A DNA stretch of 64,000 bases from Octopus sinensis (lineage: Eukaryota), in contig NC_043003.1 in assembly GCF_006345805.1 (NCBI RefSeq), positions 51,894,001 to 51,958,000 of the forward strand, read 5' to 3'. Below the pieces are notes generated by a model that worked only from the letters and a program-made list of their open reading frames with translations, did not search any database and had not been told where the DNA came from. Shown piece by piece: positions 48,315-62,346 of this stretch. Both the position numbers and the translations under genes were made by a program. Numbering within the stretch: the stretch's first letter is position 1; each line of letters starts with the position of its first letter.

Positions 48315-50450
48315 AGTAACCTAGAAACTCGCAGTGGGTCGCACAACAATATATCGAGGGTTGTAAGTTGCCCATGCATGATTTATAGAGTTTGAAAATA
48401 AAACGTGTAGAATTTAGATGCACATCTTTACGCTCTGAGTTCAAATTCGGTCGAAATCGACTTTACCTTTCACCCTTCCAAGATTCTATGAAATTAGTAC
48501 CAGTCAGTTACTAAAATCGATATAACCAACTATACCTTTCCATCAAATGTGTTGGTTTGTGCTTATTTAAGAAATTATTTAACGCTATCGTCATCTTTAT
48601 TATTATACCTACAATAATTTCTTTATGCAGCATGTTGCTGACGATCGGATATTTTGACCCTGTTGTGTTACATTTCCTGCAATAACGCCCAATGCTTCTT
48701 GTACAGAGTTTCTTTTAACAATGATTCTTGTACAGACCTTTTAGCTGTAATGAGGTCTCTTGGGTAAAACCTAAAAATTATAAAAGGAATGGTGTTTTTT
48801 TTGTTTGTTTTTCACTGGAATAACTACAAGTTATTGTAAATGAGATTTATTAACTGTCTCAACAATTTATTGTGAATGAAAATTTTGTAATCGATGTTAA
48901 GGTGGCAAAGTTTGGTGTAGCAATCTTTTAAACAATTCATACAATAGAAACAAAACAAACAAACAAACAGAAACAGAAATAGAATAACAAAAAATCAAAC
49001 AAATGAAGAACAAAGCGTCATTAATAAAAAAAAAAACGTCGAATAAGTTAAGTTTTTAATAGAATGCTGTTCTATGGAAAAGAGAGTAACAAACAGTCAG
49101 CCAGATTGTGGTTAAGTTTCGAGAATCTTCTTCGGTGAAACGAGAAGCGAACGCCTGCAAGGGAGCGGGGTTTTAAGAAAGGAAATTATTATGAATGGAT
49201 AAAACACACATACAAGCTGGCTTTTATAGAGCAGGTTACAACACTGAGTTTGACGTTGAATAAATAAATAAAGAGCTGTGAAGGCGAACGGAGTAGTTGT
49301 TTTCAAGTTACTCACATCTTGTAATTACCAAATGATAATGGTAATGCCATTAGCCCAGCTCCCCCGCCATCATAGTGTGAAGAAGACGGTATGTTTCATG
49401 ATTGATAAAAGAAAAAAGAAAAATCGTGTGATGTAATACAATTGACCAAAAAATTGAGACAATGGAAGAAAGTTCTGCTTGAGAGGTAAGCGAATTCTGT
49501 GCTAAAAAAGAAACGAAAGAGAACATGAAATAAAAACGAAATAAAAAAAGTAAAAATAAAACAAAAAAACAGGCCAAGAACTAGGTGATCCCATGTTTGT
49601 ATGTTTGGGGTAATTTTTAGAAATAAGTAGGTGCATATATTTGTTTTCTTCAGTTTTACGAATAATTTTATGCAGCAAGACGAACAATTCACTTCTGTAG
49701 TACTGGGTGGCAAGCGTCAACGTTGAGAGAAATATAACTCGTGTAATTTATACGAACCGATGTTAAAGCAACCTACAGCTATGAGATAAGACAGTCCTCT
49801 AACTTCTTGGAGGTCTTACTGCTAGGAGCTGACTTTCAATTGAATAGTTAAAGGCCAAAATTATTTACCGAAAACGATTTCAGCAAACGTTGAAAATAAT
49901 ACTATTTTGGTATATACCTAGTCTCCATTTTGAATCAAATATCTTTTCTTAAACAACACTTGGTATCTACATAACTGAAAAGCAGTGTTGATTCGGTTGT
50001 ATTGCAGCAACTTAAAGTTAATTTCATTACCATAACTTCAGCATTGAAATATTACCAAACAATTAACAAAGCAAAGCATGTTTTTTTTATTATTTTTTTT
50101 ACAGAGTTGTAACTTAAACTCCAATACTAATATAATGCTAATAGCAAACACTATTTTGGTAATGTATTTATTCTCCATACTGAATGGGAAAAAATATCTG
50201 TTCTAAAAGAATGTTTGCAATTTATGAAACTGAAGATTCTACAAAAATTTACTACCCCTCTCAGGTCATCTATTGGTCATTCTAAAACCACGCGTCTCTC
50301 ACTATAGAAATTTGATAACTTTCACATAAAAAATTAACAGCTTATTATGATTAGTGGGAGGATGAATTGGACTTGGGTTGAGTTCGGTTGAAATCTTGAT
50401 CAAAATTCTTGAATAGTTGTAGCACTATAATCTTCTAATGTAGTTAATTC

Positions 50451-50620
50451 TTTTCTACTCTAGACAGAAGGCCCGAAATTTCGTGGGAGGGGGCCAGTTG
50501 ATTCGATCGACCCCAGTATGCCACTGGTACTTAATTCATCGATCCCGAAAGGATGAAAGGCAAAGTCAACCTCGGCGGAATTTGAACTCAGAACATAAAG
50601 ACAGACGAAATGCCGCTAAG
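50451..50620 (-). mobile_element. SINE family A (type-2 tail), 5'-truncated
   Basis: GAAAGGATGAAAGGCAAAGTCAACCTCGGCGGAATTTGAACTCAGAAC. Confidence 0.8.
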
Positions 50621-51504
50621 CATAACTTCCAAAATACAGAATTTTCTCAACAACACTGAGAGTAAAAGATGTTTTATGTGACACATTCTACCAGTATACG
50701 AAGTTTGAAAGTGTTTAGTTACAAAAAATTATTTTTTAAATCTGTCGGTCAAAAGGTAAAGATCCCTTTAGATTTCTTTCACAGTATATTTACATACACT
50801 GTACACTATAGAAGTGATCTATATATTTGATAGACACAACCAGCTACACGTCAATCAGGGCTGCCTCTAAACTCTCTCTTGACGGCATATGGAAGCTTTA
50901 TAACTTACAAAACAAAGGTATGTTGCTTTCCACACTGCAAGGAGGTATTCTCTTTCGAGATACCTGGCCCACACTTTTTCCTTCCAGCACTACTTTTAGA
51001 AAAAGATAGCATTTCGTGATTGTTGTGGCTGTTGCGGTTTTATTGGTGACACTTTTTTTTATTATTTATACTGTTTTTATCGTTTAAATTAACATTTATA
51101 GCACTATTTTTTGTGCAGTTCTAATTGTGCTTGAATTTTTCTGTTTGTTCAATTGACATATTGTCTGCTATTTTTAAGTCTGTTTTTGTATTTGAAACAA
51201 TTGTGTGCGAAGGGCGTTTAAAGTGTGTCCACTGTTGAAACTACTTTTATCAGTGAGACGAGTACCATCTTCTGCTACATTTTTAACAACAAATAAATTG
51301 GTTGCTTGCAAACAAACAAAAAATAACAAGCACTTTAGTAGAAAACAATGTCAATGCCGGCCGATCCCTTATTTCTGCCCCATTTCTAGGATGGAGATTA
51401 AATAATTAGAAAGCACCTTGTCAAATACTCCAAAGAAAATGCTGGGGGGAAAAAATAATAGAAACTATAAAATTTACTTCCTTCAAGGGAGTTTTGTCAG
51501 AGTC

Positions 51505-51640
51505 ATATATGCACAAGGCTAAAACAATTTCGGAGGCGGGGGTACAGATACATATTTTACCGACCCCGAAAAGTCGACCTTGGTGGAATTTGAACTCAGA
51601 ACGTAAAGACGGACAAAATGCTAACGGTTCTGCCAGCTCG
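51505..51640 (-). mobile_element. SINE family A fragment
   Basis: GTCGACCTTGGTGGAATTTGAACTCAGAACGTAAAGAC...GTTCTGCCAGCTCGC. Confidence 0.7.
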
Positions 51641-51672
51641 CGTCTTAAACCTACCACCCATCAGTGGCTACA

Positions 51673-51892
51673 TTACTCTTTTACTCTTTTACTCTTTTAG
51701 TTGTTTCAGTCATTTTGACTGTGGCCGTGCTGGAGCACCGCCTTTAGTCGAGCAAATCGACCCCAGGACTTATTCTTTGTGAGCCTAGTACTTATTCTAT
51801 CAGTCTCTTTTTTCGAACCGCTAAGTTACGGGGACGTAAACACACCAGCATCGGTTGTCAAGCGATGTTGGGGACACCACACAAACATATAC

Positions 51893-51923
<31 letters not shown>

Positions 51924-52076
51924 CGACAGGCTTCTTTCAGTTTCCGTCTACCAAATCCACTCACAAGGCTTTGGTCGGCCCGAGACTATAGTAGAAGACA
52001 CCCAAGGTGCCACGCAGTTGGACTGAACCTGGAACCATGTGGTTGGTAAGCAAACTACTTACCACACAGCCACTCC
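51673..52076 (-). mobile_element. SINE family B, full length
   Basis: Head, core, internal (CA)n(TA)n and (TAAAAGAG)n tail. Confidence 0.9.
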
Positions 52077-52639
52077 ACCAATCTCATTCATTCCCCAACG
52101 CTGCATGACAACGGAATGATACTGTTGCTTCTTGTAGTGCCTGATCAATCCGGTGCTTGACTTTTCGGTGTTGTTTTGAGTACAATCCTATTTCATTTGC
52201 ATCCACTCTGGGCTCTTTTCGGCACTGCAACTGGGCGTGTATTGAAAACAATCATGATCTTCATCTCTAAGACATATTGTTATCTCTGTTGCTGTCCATA
52301 GCTCTTCTTCTCTGTTCTACGTTTCTGCTTCTTCTGGACAGAAAGCCTTCATGTAGCATTTAATACAAAATAAGTAGCAACAATCTCGCTTTAGGTTATT
52401 TCCATTACATTGTATATTTAAAATTTACACTTAGAATTTTTTAACTTCATTTCATATTTTCGTTGTTTACGAACACTTCCTCCCTCTCTCTCTCTCTCTT
52501 TTCCTTTCTATCTTCTTATAAAGAGCTTAAGTCTGAAATGTTAAGATATTGCTATTTCTTATATATCTAAGCGTGAAACGATAACAACAATTTTTATTGA
52601 ATTTTATCTTTTCTTTCATTTTGTTATTTTCATTACTGT

Positions 52640-52642
52640 CTG

Positions 52643-52736
<94 letters not shown>

Positions 52737-52737
52737 C

Positions 52738-52784
<47 letters not shown>

Positions 52785-52960
52785 AATCTATCTACCTACC
52801 TACCTACCTACCTACCTACCTATCTATCTACCTACCTACCTACCTACCTATGTATCTATCTATCTATCTACCTACCTACCTACCTACCTACCTACCTACC
52901 TATCTATCTATCTATCTACCTATCTATCTATCTATCTATTCATACATACATACATACATA
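52640..52960. repeat. (TATC)n/(TACC)n/(TACA)n microsatellite
   Basis: Direct reading. Confidence 0.95.
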
Positions 52961-55900
52961 CATACACACACACATATACACATGTACGTACACATACATA
53001 CGTATGTGTAAGAGTGTGTGTAGCGCTTTAAGACAGCGTGTTTGGCACATATATGCTGTTTACACAGACTGAGAGTCATAAATTGAACTGAAGATGTTTT
53101 TGAGCTGTTTTAGCATCTATATTCCCAATGTAGATTCTATTTTTACTTGTTTAAATTCAACAGTCTTAAGCTGTGAAACAGTTTTCCTTTGTATTCTGCT
53201 TTCTTTTAAAACACTCACTGCGTACCTTTACGCCATTATTTTGCCCTATCGTTAGTGAATTTTCTTTCGGTTTCTTGCCTGTATGTTACTTGCTGGGTTC
53301 ATTGTATTAGCCTTTTTATTCTGTAATTGTGTGGCTTAGACTGGAGTTTCATGTGCCTTTACCTTATTCCTTTTTCTCTTTACTTTAATAATAATCTTTA
53401 CTTTGGAATTTTTTTGCTACGACGAATATGTTTCCTATATTTAGGACGACGTCTGTTTCGAATAGATAACGTTGCATTCTCTTATGCCAACAATTCCTGT
53501 TTCTCTCCTACTCTGTTTTTCTTCCTCTTTCTCCCGTCTATCTCTTCTCCCCCCCTCTCTCTCTCTCTCCCTTCTCTCTCTCATTTTCTAGGCACGAGAA
53601 TTGGATAAACAACAACCGTGAATGGATTTACAAGCAAGGTAAGACAAGATTCAGCTCTTATGTGTCTGACAAGGAAATTTTCTATCAGTCCTTGTAAGGA
53701 CGATAAAGTGGTGCAGCTAGATGCTATCGTTGGGGAACGATGTGTCTGTTTTCAGGACTGGGTATGAGGTGATCTCCTCCGCCCTTGCTGAATCTGTGAC
53801 TAGGAATTGGGACTCGCTGCTGTTGTTGCTGTCCTGGCCGATCACTGGTGCTTTCCTGAAGCTTGCAGATTTTTATTTCAATATCATTGAATGTATTTGC
53901 ACTACTCCTGAGATTGGGAAGGTACTGAGGTTTCTTAATGACGTGAATTTTTGAGAAAAAACACATTATTCTGGAGGATGAAATTTGACTGAGTAAGATC
54001 AGGAACAATTCTATCGTTCCCCCGGAGAATTTACAAATGATTATTTATATGGATAAAAAAAACCCCCAGCTTTCGCTGGCCTTCATTATCTTTCAGATGA
54101 GGAAAGAATATTTTCCATTTAAACAGAACAAATTCAAAACACCTGCGCAAAACATAGTTGGTTGACGGTGACGCCAGAATGAAGTCGAAAGAGACGTCAG
54201 ATATCAATAAGAATATTTTCAATCTTTAGTTTCCTATAAAATTTCATTCAAGAGTATGAAACTAACAATTTCATGAACAGATTTGATAATACCTTCATAT
54301 TTGAAGTATCTGGCCGCCAGGTGTTGACCATGAATAATAATACAATGAACAGGAAAAACTTGGGAAAGCTGGGATTATTTTTCACTAGTAAAAATAATCC
54401 CGAATTTCTTCTGTTCTTGTACTTCTTCCATCTATTGTAAAATAGATAGCTAGATAAATAGATAGATAAATAAATAAATAAATGAATAAATAAATAAATA
54501 AACAGTTCAGTTGTTCTCTTACTTTGCATTAAAAGAAACAAAATAATACTGCAAGTAGTAGATTCTCTTGGAGCTTAAAAGATTTATCTGAATGCAAAGA
54601 AATAATTATAAATGATTTTTACATTTTGTTTGTTTCATCAGCTCTGATCTGGAAAAGGCATCTCTCTGTAGTATGCAGAGAAACAAACACTTGCATTATC
54701 TGTCGCTAAAGATTTGTATCTCTTTTTTACTCTGACACTGGTACATATTCAGCGATCAGAATATGAGCGTTTTGTTCGAGCAATATCCCATGAAATAAAC
54801 CACCCACTAACTCCAGAGGCTGTATTGGCTTCTTTGCAGAACGTTGTTGTCAGGTCGTGCTGGTTTATTGTGTGTTGGTTATTGTGTGTGCTGGTTATTT
54901 AGTGGTGAGCTATTTTCCTTTAGTTGTGATTTAGGTGTATAATCATAGAAAAACACGTGTTTTGCTTCTGGTGGTAAATTTGTCATTAAAGGGGAGAGAA
55001 TCTTTCTTTGTGATTTTACTTTGTAACAGGTCAAGTTGTCAGCTTTGTAATGTCTGACATTAGCCAGGTAAAACATAAATGTTTAATTCCTTTAATAGCT
55101 TAAATAGCATGTAGAAAAAGCTTCCAGTCATTCTGGCTTAAAATGTTTCCTCTTCAACTTTCTTTACAAAATTTTCATAAATACTTTTAAACGATGGTAA
55201 GTGATGGTAAGTGTCAGTAAATCAATGTTAAAAGTACAAAAAGAAAAATAAGTTAGTTTGTCATGAGAAGAACCCATCATCTCTGATACTGAAGGACCCT
55301 GCAATTACAACAAACAAAGTGTTCTTTTTTTTTAAAACCTTTTTGACTGTTACTTAAATACATACAACACCTGTGATATTTTTCGTTACAGAATGGTATT
55401 TCGGTATATATTCCTTTACTAGCAAGGACGCTGTATGGCCTATTGGTTAAGAAGCTCGCTTCGTAACCACGAGATCCCCAGTGATATCCACGGCGTATTA
55501 TTTTTAACCATTGCCTCGGTCAACCAAAGGCTTGTGAGTGAAATTACGTAGATAGAAACTGCGCAGAAACCAGACAGATGGATCGTATCTATATTTGAAA
55601 GGTACAGCTTTGTCACACACTTGAGTCATGCTGATTGTATCCGAGGATTACATTAATGGTACATTTGTCCATGCAATGCTGAGCTACTTAGATGTTAATT
55701 CAACGAGCATGTAATCCAGTTGAACAAAAAACCGGAAGTCCATTTCTTTTCATTTCCTGGAACCTTTTGCAATGCAAATGAAGTCAAAGGAAGTGATTTT
55801 AATAGAGAAATGAATTCTAATTCTACTTTCTATTTGAAAAGATGCTAAACAAACCGATTTATTGTACATATTTGTGACCCAAAATATTTTAGCTGTGATC

Positions 55901-56600
55901 ATCTCGTCTTGTTTTGAAGGTATGTATAATCGATTGAATCGACCTTGGGATACAACGACATGTAAATATGCTATTGAAGAAAAGCGAAAAATCAGTTTCA
56001 CTCAGATTTGAACTGAGAAAGTAAAGGAACGTTATTCAATACCATAGGTTAATAATTCTATTATTTTCGTTTTTTTTCATTGTCAGTGTTTTGTTGTTGC
56101 TGCAGCTGTTATTTTGAAGTGGTGGTTGTGCAGGAGGTAGTGATGACGATCGTTGTGTCCTTCTCGTCGGTCATTATGTCGCTTTTTTGTCGGCCCTTTT
56201 TTGGGAGTTCTTGGTGCCGCTGCTGTTAATGTTTTGTTGTTGCCGTTACTACCATATGTTGTGGCGGTGGTGCTGATGGTGTTTGGCAGGTTACGTGATG
56301 CGATGGTCTTGGTATTGGAGTTGGTGGAGAGTTATCTCCCCGCTAGCGATTTAAACAAACAAGCGTGCATTCTGCACCAAAAGTTATATGAGAGTTTCTC
56401 TCATGGTAAATACAGTAGTAAAGTTTGTTTTAATAGAACATCCACGTTTAAGTGGAAATAAATATCACCTCTCGGTATTGATACTGCCTCGCTAATATAC
56501 GATATATATTTTAACACTAACCATTATAGAATCTAGTTGACAAGCAACAAAAACTAGGAGTGTTGTGGAGAGTCAGATACAAAATAATAATAATAATAAT

Positions 56601-56994
56601 CCTTTCTACTGGAAACACAAGGACTCAAATTTGGGGGAAAGGATTAAGTCGATTACATCGATCCCTGTGCGCAACTGGTACTTATTTAATCGACCCCGAA
56701 AGGATGAAAGGCAAAGTCGGCCCCGGCGGAATTTGAATTCAGAACGTAAAAACAAACGAAATACCTATTTCTTTACTACCCACAAGGGGCTAAACACAGA
56801 AGGGACAAATAAGGACAGACAAACGGATTAAGCTGATTATATCGACCCCAGTGCGTAACTGGTACTTATTTAATCGACCCCGAAAGGTTGAAAGGCAAAG
56901 TCGACCTCGGCGGAATTTGAACTCAGAACATAAAGACAGACGAAATACTGCTACGCATTTCGCCCGGCGTGCTAACGTTTCTGCCAGCTCGCCG
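56601..56994 (-). mobile_element. Dimeric SINE-A
   Basis: Junction AAAGAAATAG|GTATTTCGT at 56764/56765, (TAA)n tail at 56583-56600. Confidence 0.87.
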
Positions 56995-57001
56995 ATTTAA
57001 T

Positions 57002-57086
<85 letters not shown>

Positions 57087-58091
57087 GTTTCTTTATTGAC
57101 CACAATGGCCGAATACAAAACAAATAGGGATGATACAATACAAGGGAGAAGTGGGGTCTTGAACAATGTCACGTATATAGTAAATAACAAAAGCAATTAA
57201 CAAAACAATTAAACGATAATAAATCTCCAAAAGGGGGAAATTCCTCACGGGGACAACCGAGGAACCCCATACATTCTTGGTTATCCCGACCGCCAGATGC
57301 ACATCAGCAGGTGCCTCTCCTCAACTTCTCCGGATTACAAACGAAAGTTCAGAGAAGGCCCATTCACAAGGGCCATCCTCGCCACATGCACTTACCTTTC
57401 AGCAAATTTACTGGGAGACAGAACTTCCCTCTCTACTCTCATTTTCCTTTTCAAGTAAAACTTGAAAAAGTCGATGAGGGCTTGGTCGAAGAGGGAAGTA
57501 TCTGCCTTCAGTCCTTTCAATTTCGTCCACCACACTACCTCCTTCGCCAAAGCCACTAGACAGAAGAAGGCCAAAGGAAGGCGGCGGGACGATCTTCACG
57601 ATGGACGATAACACGTGACAATAGCTGTTCAACAATGCTCCACAAGTCAGTAATGCACGGACACTGGACGAGTGCATGCAGGGCGGTTTCGTCTCCCTGT
57701 GCACACCTCGGACAGGTCCGCCTTGACAGCACTTCTGTGTCTGTAGAGCTTGACTCGAACCGGCAGAGCACTGCCAGACCGGGGATTTCTGGTAGTTATC
57801 CATAGGCCCCGGCCCGAAAGTCCTCAGGAAATGACCAGTTAATCGATCCCTCCCGATGCCCAGAGTTTCCCCGAGGACGTCATCGCTCTTACCCTCCACT
57901 AATTCTCTATAGAACCCCATAGTGTAACTTCCACTGACGGAAAGCAGTGATCGCTTGCCGACACTCCAGGTGCCAAGCGCCCTTTCTTGGGTCTACGCTT
58001 TATCCAGGACTGCAGCTCCGTCAGTGAGACGAGGTGCGAAAAATCCTGTGTAACAAACGGCGACCACACCTGTTCACCGTTAAGAAAACAC
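57087..58091 (-). mobile_element. 5'-truncated Tx1/L1-clade LINE 3' end
   Basis: CCHC zinc knuckle CPRCAQGDETALHALVQC (57661-57714), downstream EVVWWTKLKG...FFKFYLKRKMRVEREVL, 3' UTR with AATAAA (57092-57097); (TAA)n on both sides. Confidence 0.82.
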
Positions 58092-58141
<50 letters not shown>

Positions 58142-58142
58142 C

Positions 58143-58285
58143 ATTAAGTTTTGGCACAAGGCCAGTAATTTCGAGGGAGGGGCTAAGTCGATTACATCGA
58201 CCCTGATGCTCAACTGGTACTTATTTTATCGACCAGGAAAAGGTGAAAAGTATTGTCGACCCCAGACGATTGTGCCAGCTCGCCG
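58143..58285 (-). mobile_element. SINE family A, old copy whose (TAA)n tail is at 58092-58141
   Basis: TTTTGGCACAAGGCC...GTCGATTACATCGACCC...CTGGTACTTATTTTATCGACC. Confidence 0.7.
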
Positions 58286-58627
58286 GAGACGAGGTTAGAC
58301 AATTACATCGACCCGGGAGGGATGAAGGTTGGCCTCAGTGAGATCTAGTTGAAAGAAATACCTCGTGATATTTTGTCCGAATAATAATAAAAAGACGAGA
58401 ATAAAGAGATCCGGAAAGAAAGAAAACGATAAAGAAAAAGACAAATGAAGAAGTAGAGAAAGAAAGGAAGATGTAATGATAAACGGAAAGAGACTTAAAG
58501 AAAATAAAGGGAAAAAGAGAAAAAGAAGCGAAGCATAAAAATAAAGACTGAAAAAATAAAGCAGAAAAAACAGGCAAAGAAAAGTAACAAAAACTTGAAA
58601 AAAAAGTTGTAGCGAAAAAAACAAATA

Positions 58628-58813
<186 letters not shown>

Positions 58814-61749
58814 CATGTACATAGATATGTAGAGAGATAGAAAGCAAAATAATGGGAAAAAAAGTTAGTCTGGTGTAGGTGAGATATGGTAAAGTGAAGA
58901 AACAGACAGAAGCTAGAGAAGACATGCAAGTTTGACAATCTCAGTGGAAAAATGAAGCAAATTTGAAGAAGAAATACACAAAAAACAAAAAAAAAAAACA
59001 AAAGAAAAATAAAACGGCGCGCATAGACACAGCCGTAAAAGTAACCAATACGCATTCATTATTCTAGGCAAATCTACAACCATAACCATAGAGATATAGA
59101 TAGACGCGCTCTTACATACAGATACTTCCATATAATCACAAATGCAGACGCTTCCATTTTAACACTTACAAACACTTACACAAATATACATACACACGCA
59201 CATACACATACACACCTTCTTTCTCCCCCCTCTCGCTCTCTCTCAAACACACACACAGAAACAGATAGACATATAGGACAGTTTATTCCACAATTCACAC
59301 GCGCACACACGCGTATTCATATACACGGCTTACACAAATTCGTATATACGCGCGAAGATACATGCATAGAATAGCAATACATACGTTTACAAAATCACTT
59401 GCAAACATAGACACAGACATTTCATACACGCAGAGACACGATCACTGATACACACACATATATACACACAATACACGCATACAAGCATACACAGACAGGC
59501 ATACACTCTGACAAACATACTGGCACACATACACTGTCACAAACACATACACACATAATGTACAGACTTAGACACACACTCATATGTATATACAAAACCA
59601 CGCATAATACAAACTATTGCATATTCTCTCCCTTTCTCTCTCTCTCTCTCTCTCTCTCTTAGTCTCTTTCTCTCACATACACGCATACGAACATTCATAC
59701 ACATTCTCACGTATGAATATATACATATTAACACGCACGCATGCACACACTTATACACATACATACACATAAGCAACAGAAACAAGAAAAGATAAGCAAG
59801 AAAAGCCAAAATAATAAAGAAACAGCAATAAAAAACGTAGATGATAATGAAATGTAAGTTTCTGTCAAAATGAAACATTAGCAGACGAGATTTAGAGCGG
59901 TCGAGATTAAAGTAAAAAAAAAATATGAAGGCAAATAAATTTCAATGAAATATTTCACATGTCAGCTTCCGAAGTTATTAACAAGATTAAGATAAAGAAA
60001 TGGAAAGAATTTCTTAAAAATAAGAAAAAAGAACCAAAATGCTCTGAAAGCCTTTATCATCTCTATAGTTGTGTGATTAAAGTGTTCGATTCGCAGCTTT
60101 ATTATTTCGGATTCTATCATACGTTGGACAAGTATCTTTCGTCCACTAGAGTATGGCCTCAGTTGAACCAATTGCTTGCGAGTAGAATTTAGTGACGGAA
60201 ATAATGCACAAGCCATAAGTTTCTCGAATGAAACAAAATGCTTTTTGTAAGACGCACAGTTTTAATGAGACACATGTACACACACATGCGTGCACACATA
60301 TACACACTCACTCACACATACGCCCATGGACATGCATACACTCACACACGTACACTCTCACACACAAGTACATACGTATCCATATATATGGGAAGAGATT
60401 TTTAAAGATATATTTAAACCACAACTCTGGTCTAGTTTTAACATTTTTTAATTAAAAAGTGTTTTCACATTTTCGTAAGTAACCCTTCCAGTTTTAGTAA
60501 ATTCACCAATATTTCTAGGATATCTCAGTCTTATTTTATCTCCAGAATGTGAAGTATTATTGATGTGAATATCTGCCCCTTTTAAAGAAGGCAAAATGTA
60601 AATTCTTTTGAGTTTATCATCTGAATTTGTTTAGACTTTCTTATATGCCCACCACGCTCCTACAGTAATGAGCAATTGGAATATACTAGATAAAGGAAAC
60701 AAAATTTGATAGAAAATCATTGCAAGACAAATATATCAGTACAATTCCTCCAAAATATATATGATGACAGAATATTACTCATAAAACAGTAGAATATATA
60801 TACATTATGAATAAAGTAAACGTATGACCTATTCACGTATAAATCTAACGATCAAATTTCAGCGATAAATTCTAAACAAAACTGAGTGATAAAGTGTACA
60901 CAAATCACATTCACTTACCATAAAAGAGTCAGTTATTTACAACAATAAAACTTCATAGCATAGTCGCAAGGCTGTTAATGTCTTGAAACGTTGATGATGA
61001 CTTAAGAACTTTATTGTCCTAGATAAACTACATGTGGCCCATCCGAGAAGCTGAGCAAAAGCCTTCATTAAAAAGATGGAATGAAATCGTGTTCACACAC
61101 AGACTCCCTCATACACATGCGTACACCACGCATACATACACACACATACACTAATGCATATATATATATATTTATACTCATACACACATACATACACACG
61201 CATGCACACACACACGCACATACACGCACGCACACACACACACATACACACAAGAATGAGTGGAGAAAGGTGTAGACAATAATTTCAGCTGTCCATGCAT
61301 TTGTATGATTCTAATCCAATAACGGGGCGTTTCCCAGTTTTGATAGAGGTACTTCTCGAAGTATCTGCCTTTCCCGAGTATTTCGGATCTGTTGTTTAAA
61401 GGTGTCTTGATTGTGTAGGTTATTGTAGATATCCTTCTGCTGTACACAGATCACATTTTTATTTTCGTTTTCGTATTATTTGCATCATTTGATGATTTAA
61501 TGCAATAGTTTGAAGTTCTTTTTTTTTCTTTCAATTCTTAGATGCTGTCGGCTAATTTTGTTGTGTTTTCTTTTCTGATGTCTGACAGAAGGCCAATGAC
61601 TTTAAACCTATGTTTAAATTACTTTTTTGTCATGCTTATGCAACGGGTTCTATAAAGATGATCTCTACTGCATAACTTTGGCTTCTGCATTGCAAGATAC
61701 CTAGTTGACATGTTCCTGCACCAATATGTGGTTTTGTGTTATTGGCGTA

Positions 61750-61812
<63 letters not shown>

Positions 61813-61966
61813 GTGTGTGTGTGTATGTACTAGTGACGGTGCACGGCCTAGTGATATGGTTTCAATTTTTGGACCGGGTAGCACATTGTGTTCTTGAGCA
61901 AAACACATCATTTCACGTTGCTCTGCGATTACTTCCGTACTTGATTATGGGTCAGGCAACGTCGAT

Positions 61967-62346
61967 GATGACGTCATCGCTTGAATCTCCGGCCCCTTCC
62001 TTCGGTGCTTCTACAACGGCGCTTAAGGTGGTTCGGTCATGCAGCATGGCGTACAGAGGATGAGCGGATTCGCGATGTCCTCCTCCCCCTCCACTTCCCA
62101 ACTGGCGCAAACGCACAGGCGGGCAGCTGAAGACCTGGGCAACGACGATAAAGGAGGACGTCTCCGAACTCTCAGGTCCGCAGGTGGTCGGTCTGCGCAG
62201 ATGTAACCGCGAATGGCTCGTTATCTCCAGTGATCTAGCACAGGACCGTCGAGGGTGGGCCGCCATGGTTCGGGATGCCGTCAGGACCAGAGAAGAAGCC
62301 GGCTCAACCCGCCCTGGGTGAACGCCGTCACAAGTACAAGTAAGCA
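61967..62346 (+). mobile_element. Short GC-rich RTE-clade LINE 3' end with a 17-bp TSD
   Basis: RHRLNLRPLPSVLLQRRLRWFGHAAWRTEDERIRDVLLP, a 1-bp frameshift in a C-run near 62085, then PNWRKRTGGQLKTWATTIKEDV...LAQDRRGWAAMVRDAV...AGSTRPG* (TGA 62319-62321); (CAAGTA)2 tail; TSD GGTCAGGCAACG(T/C)CGAT at 61950-61966 and 62347-62363. Confidence 0.9.
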
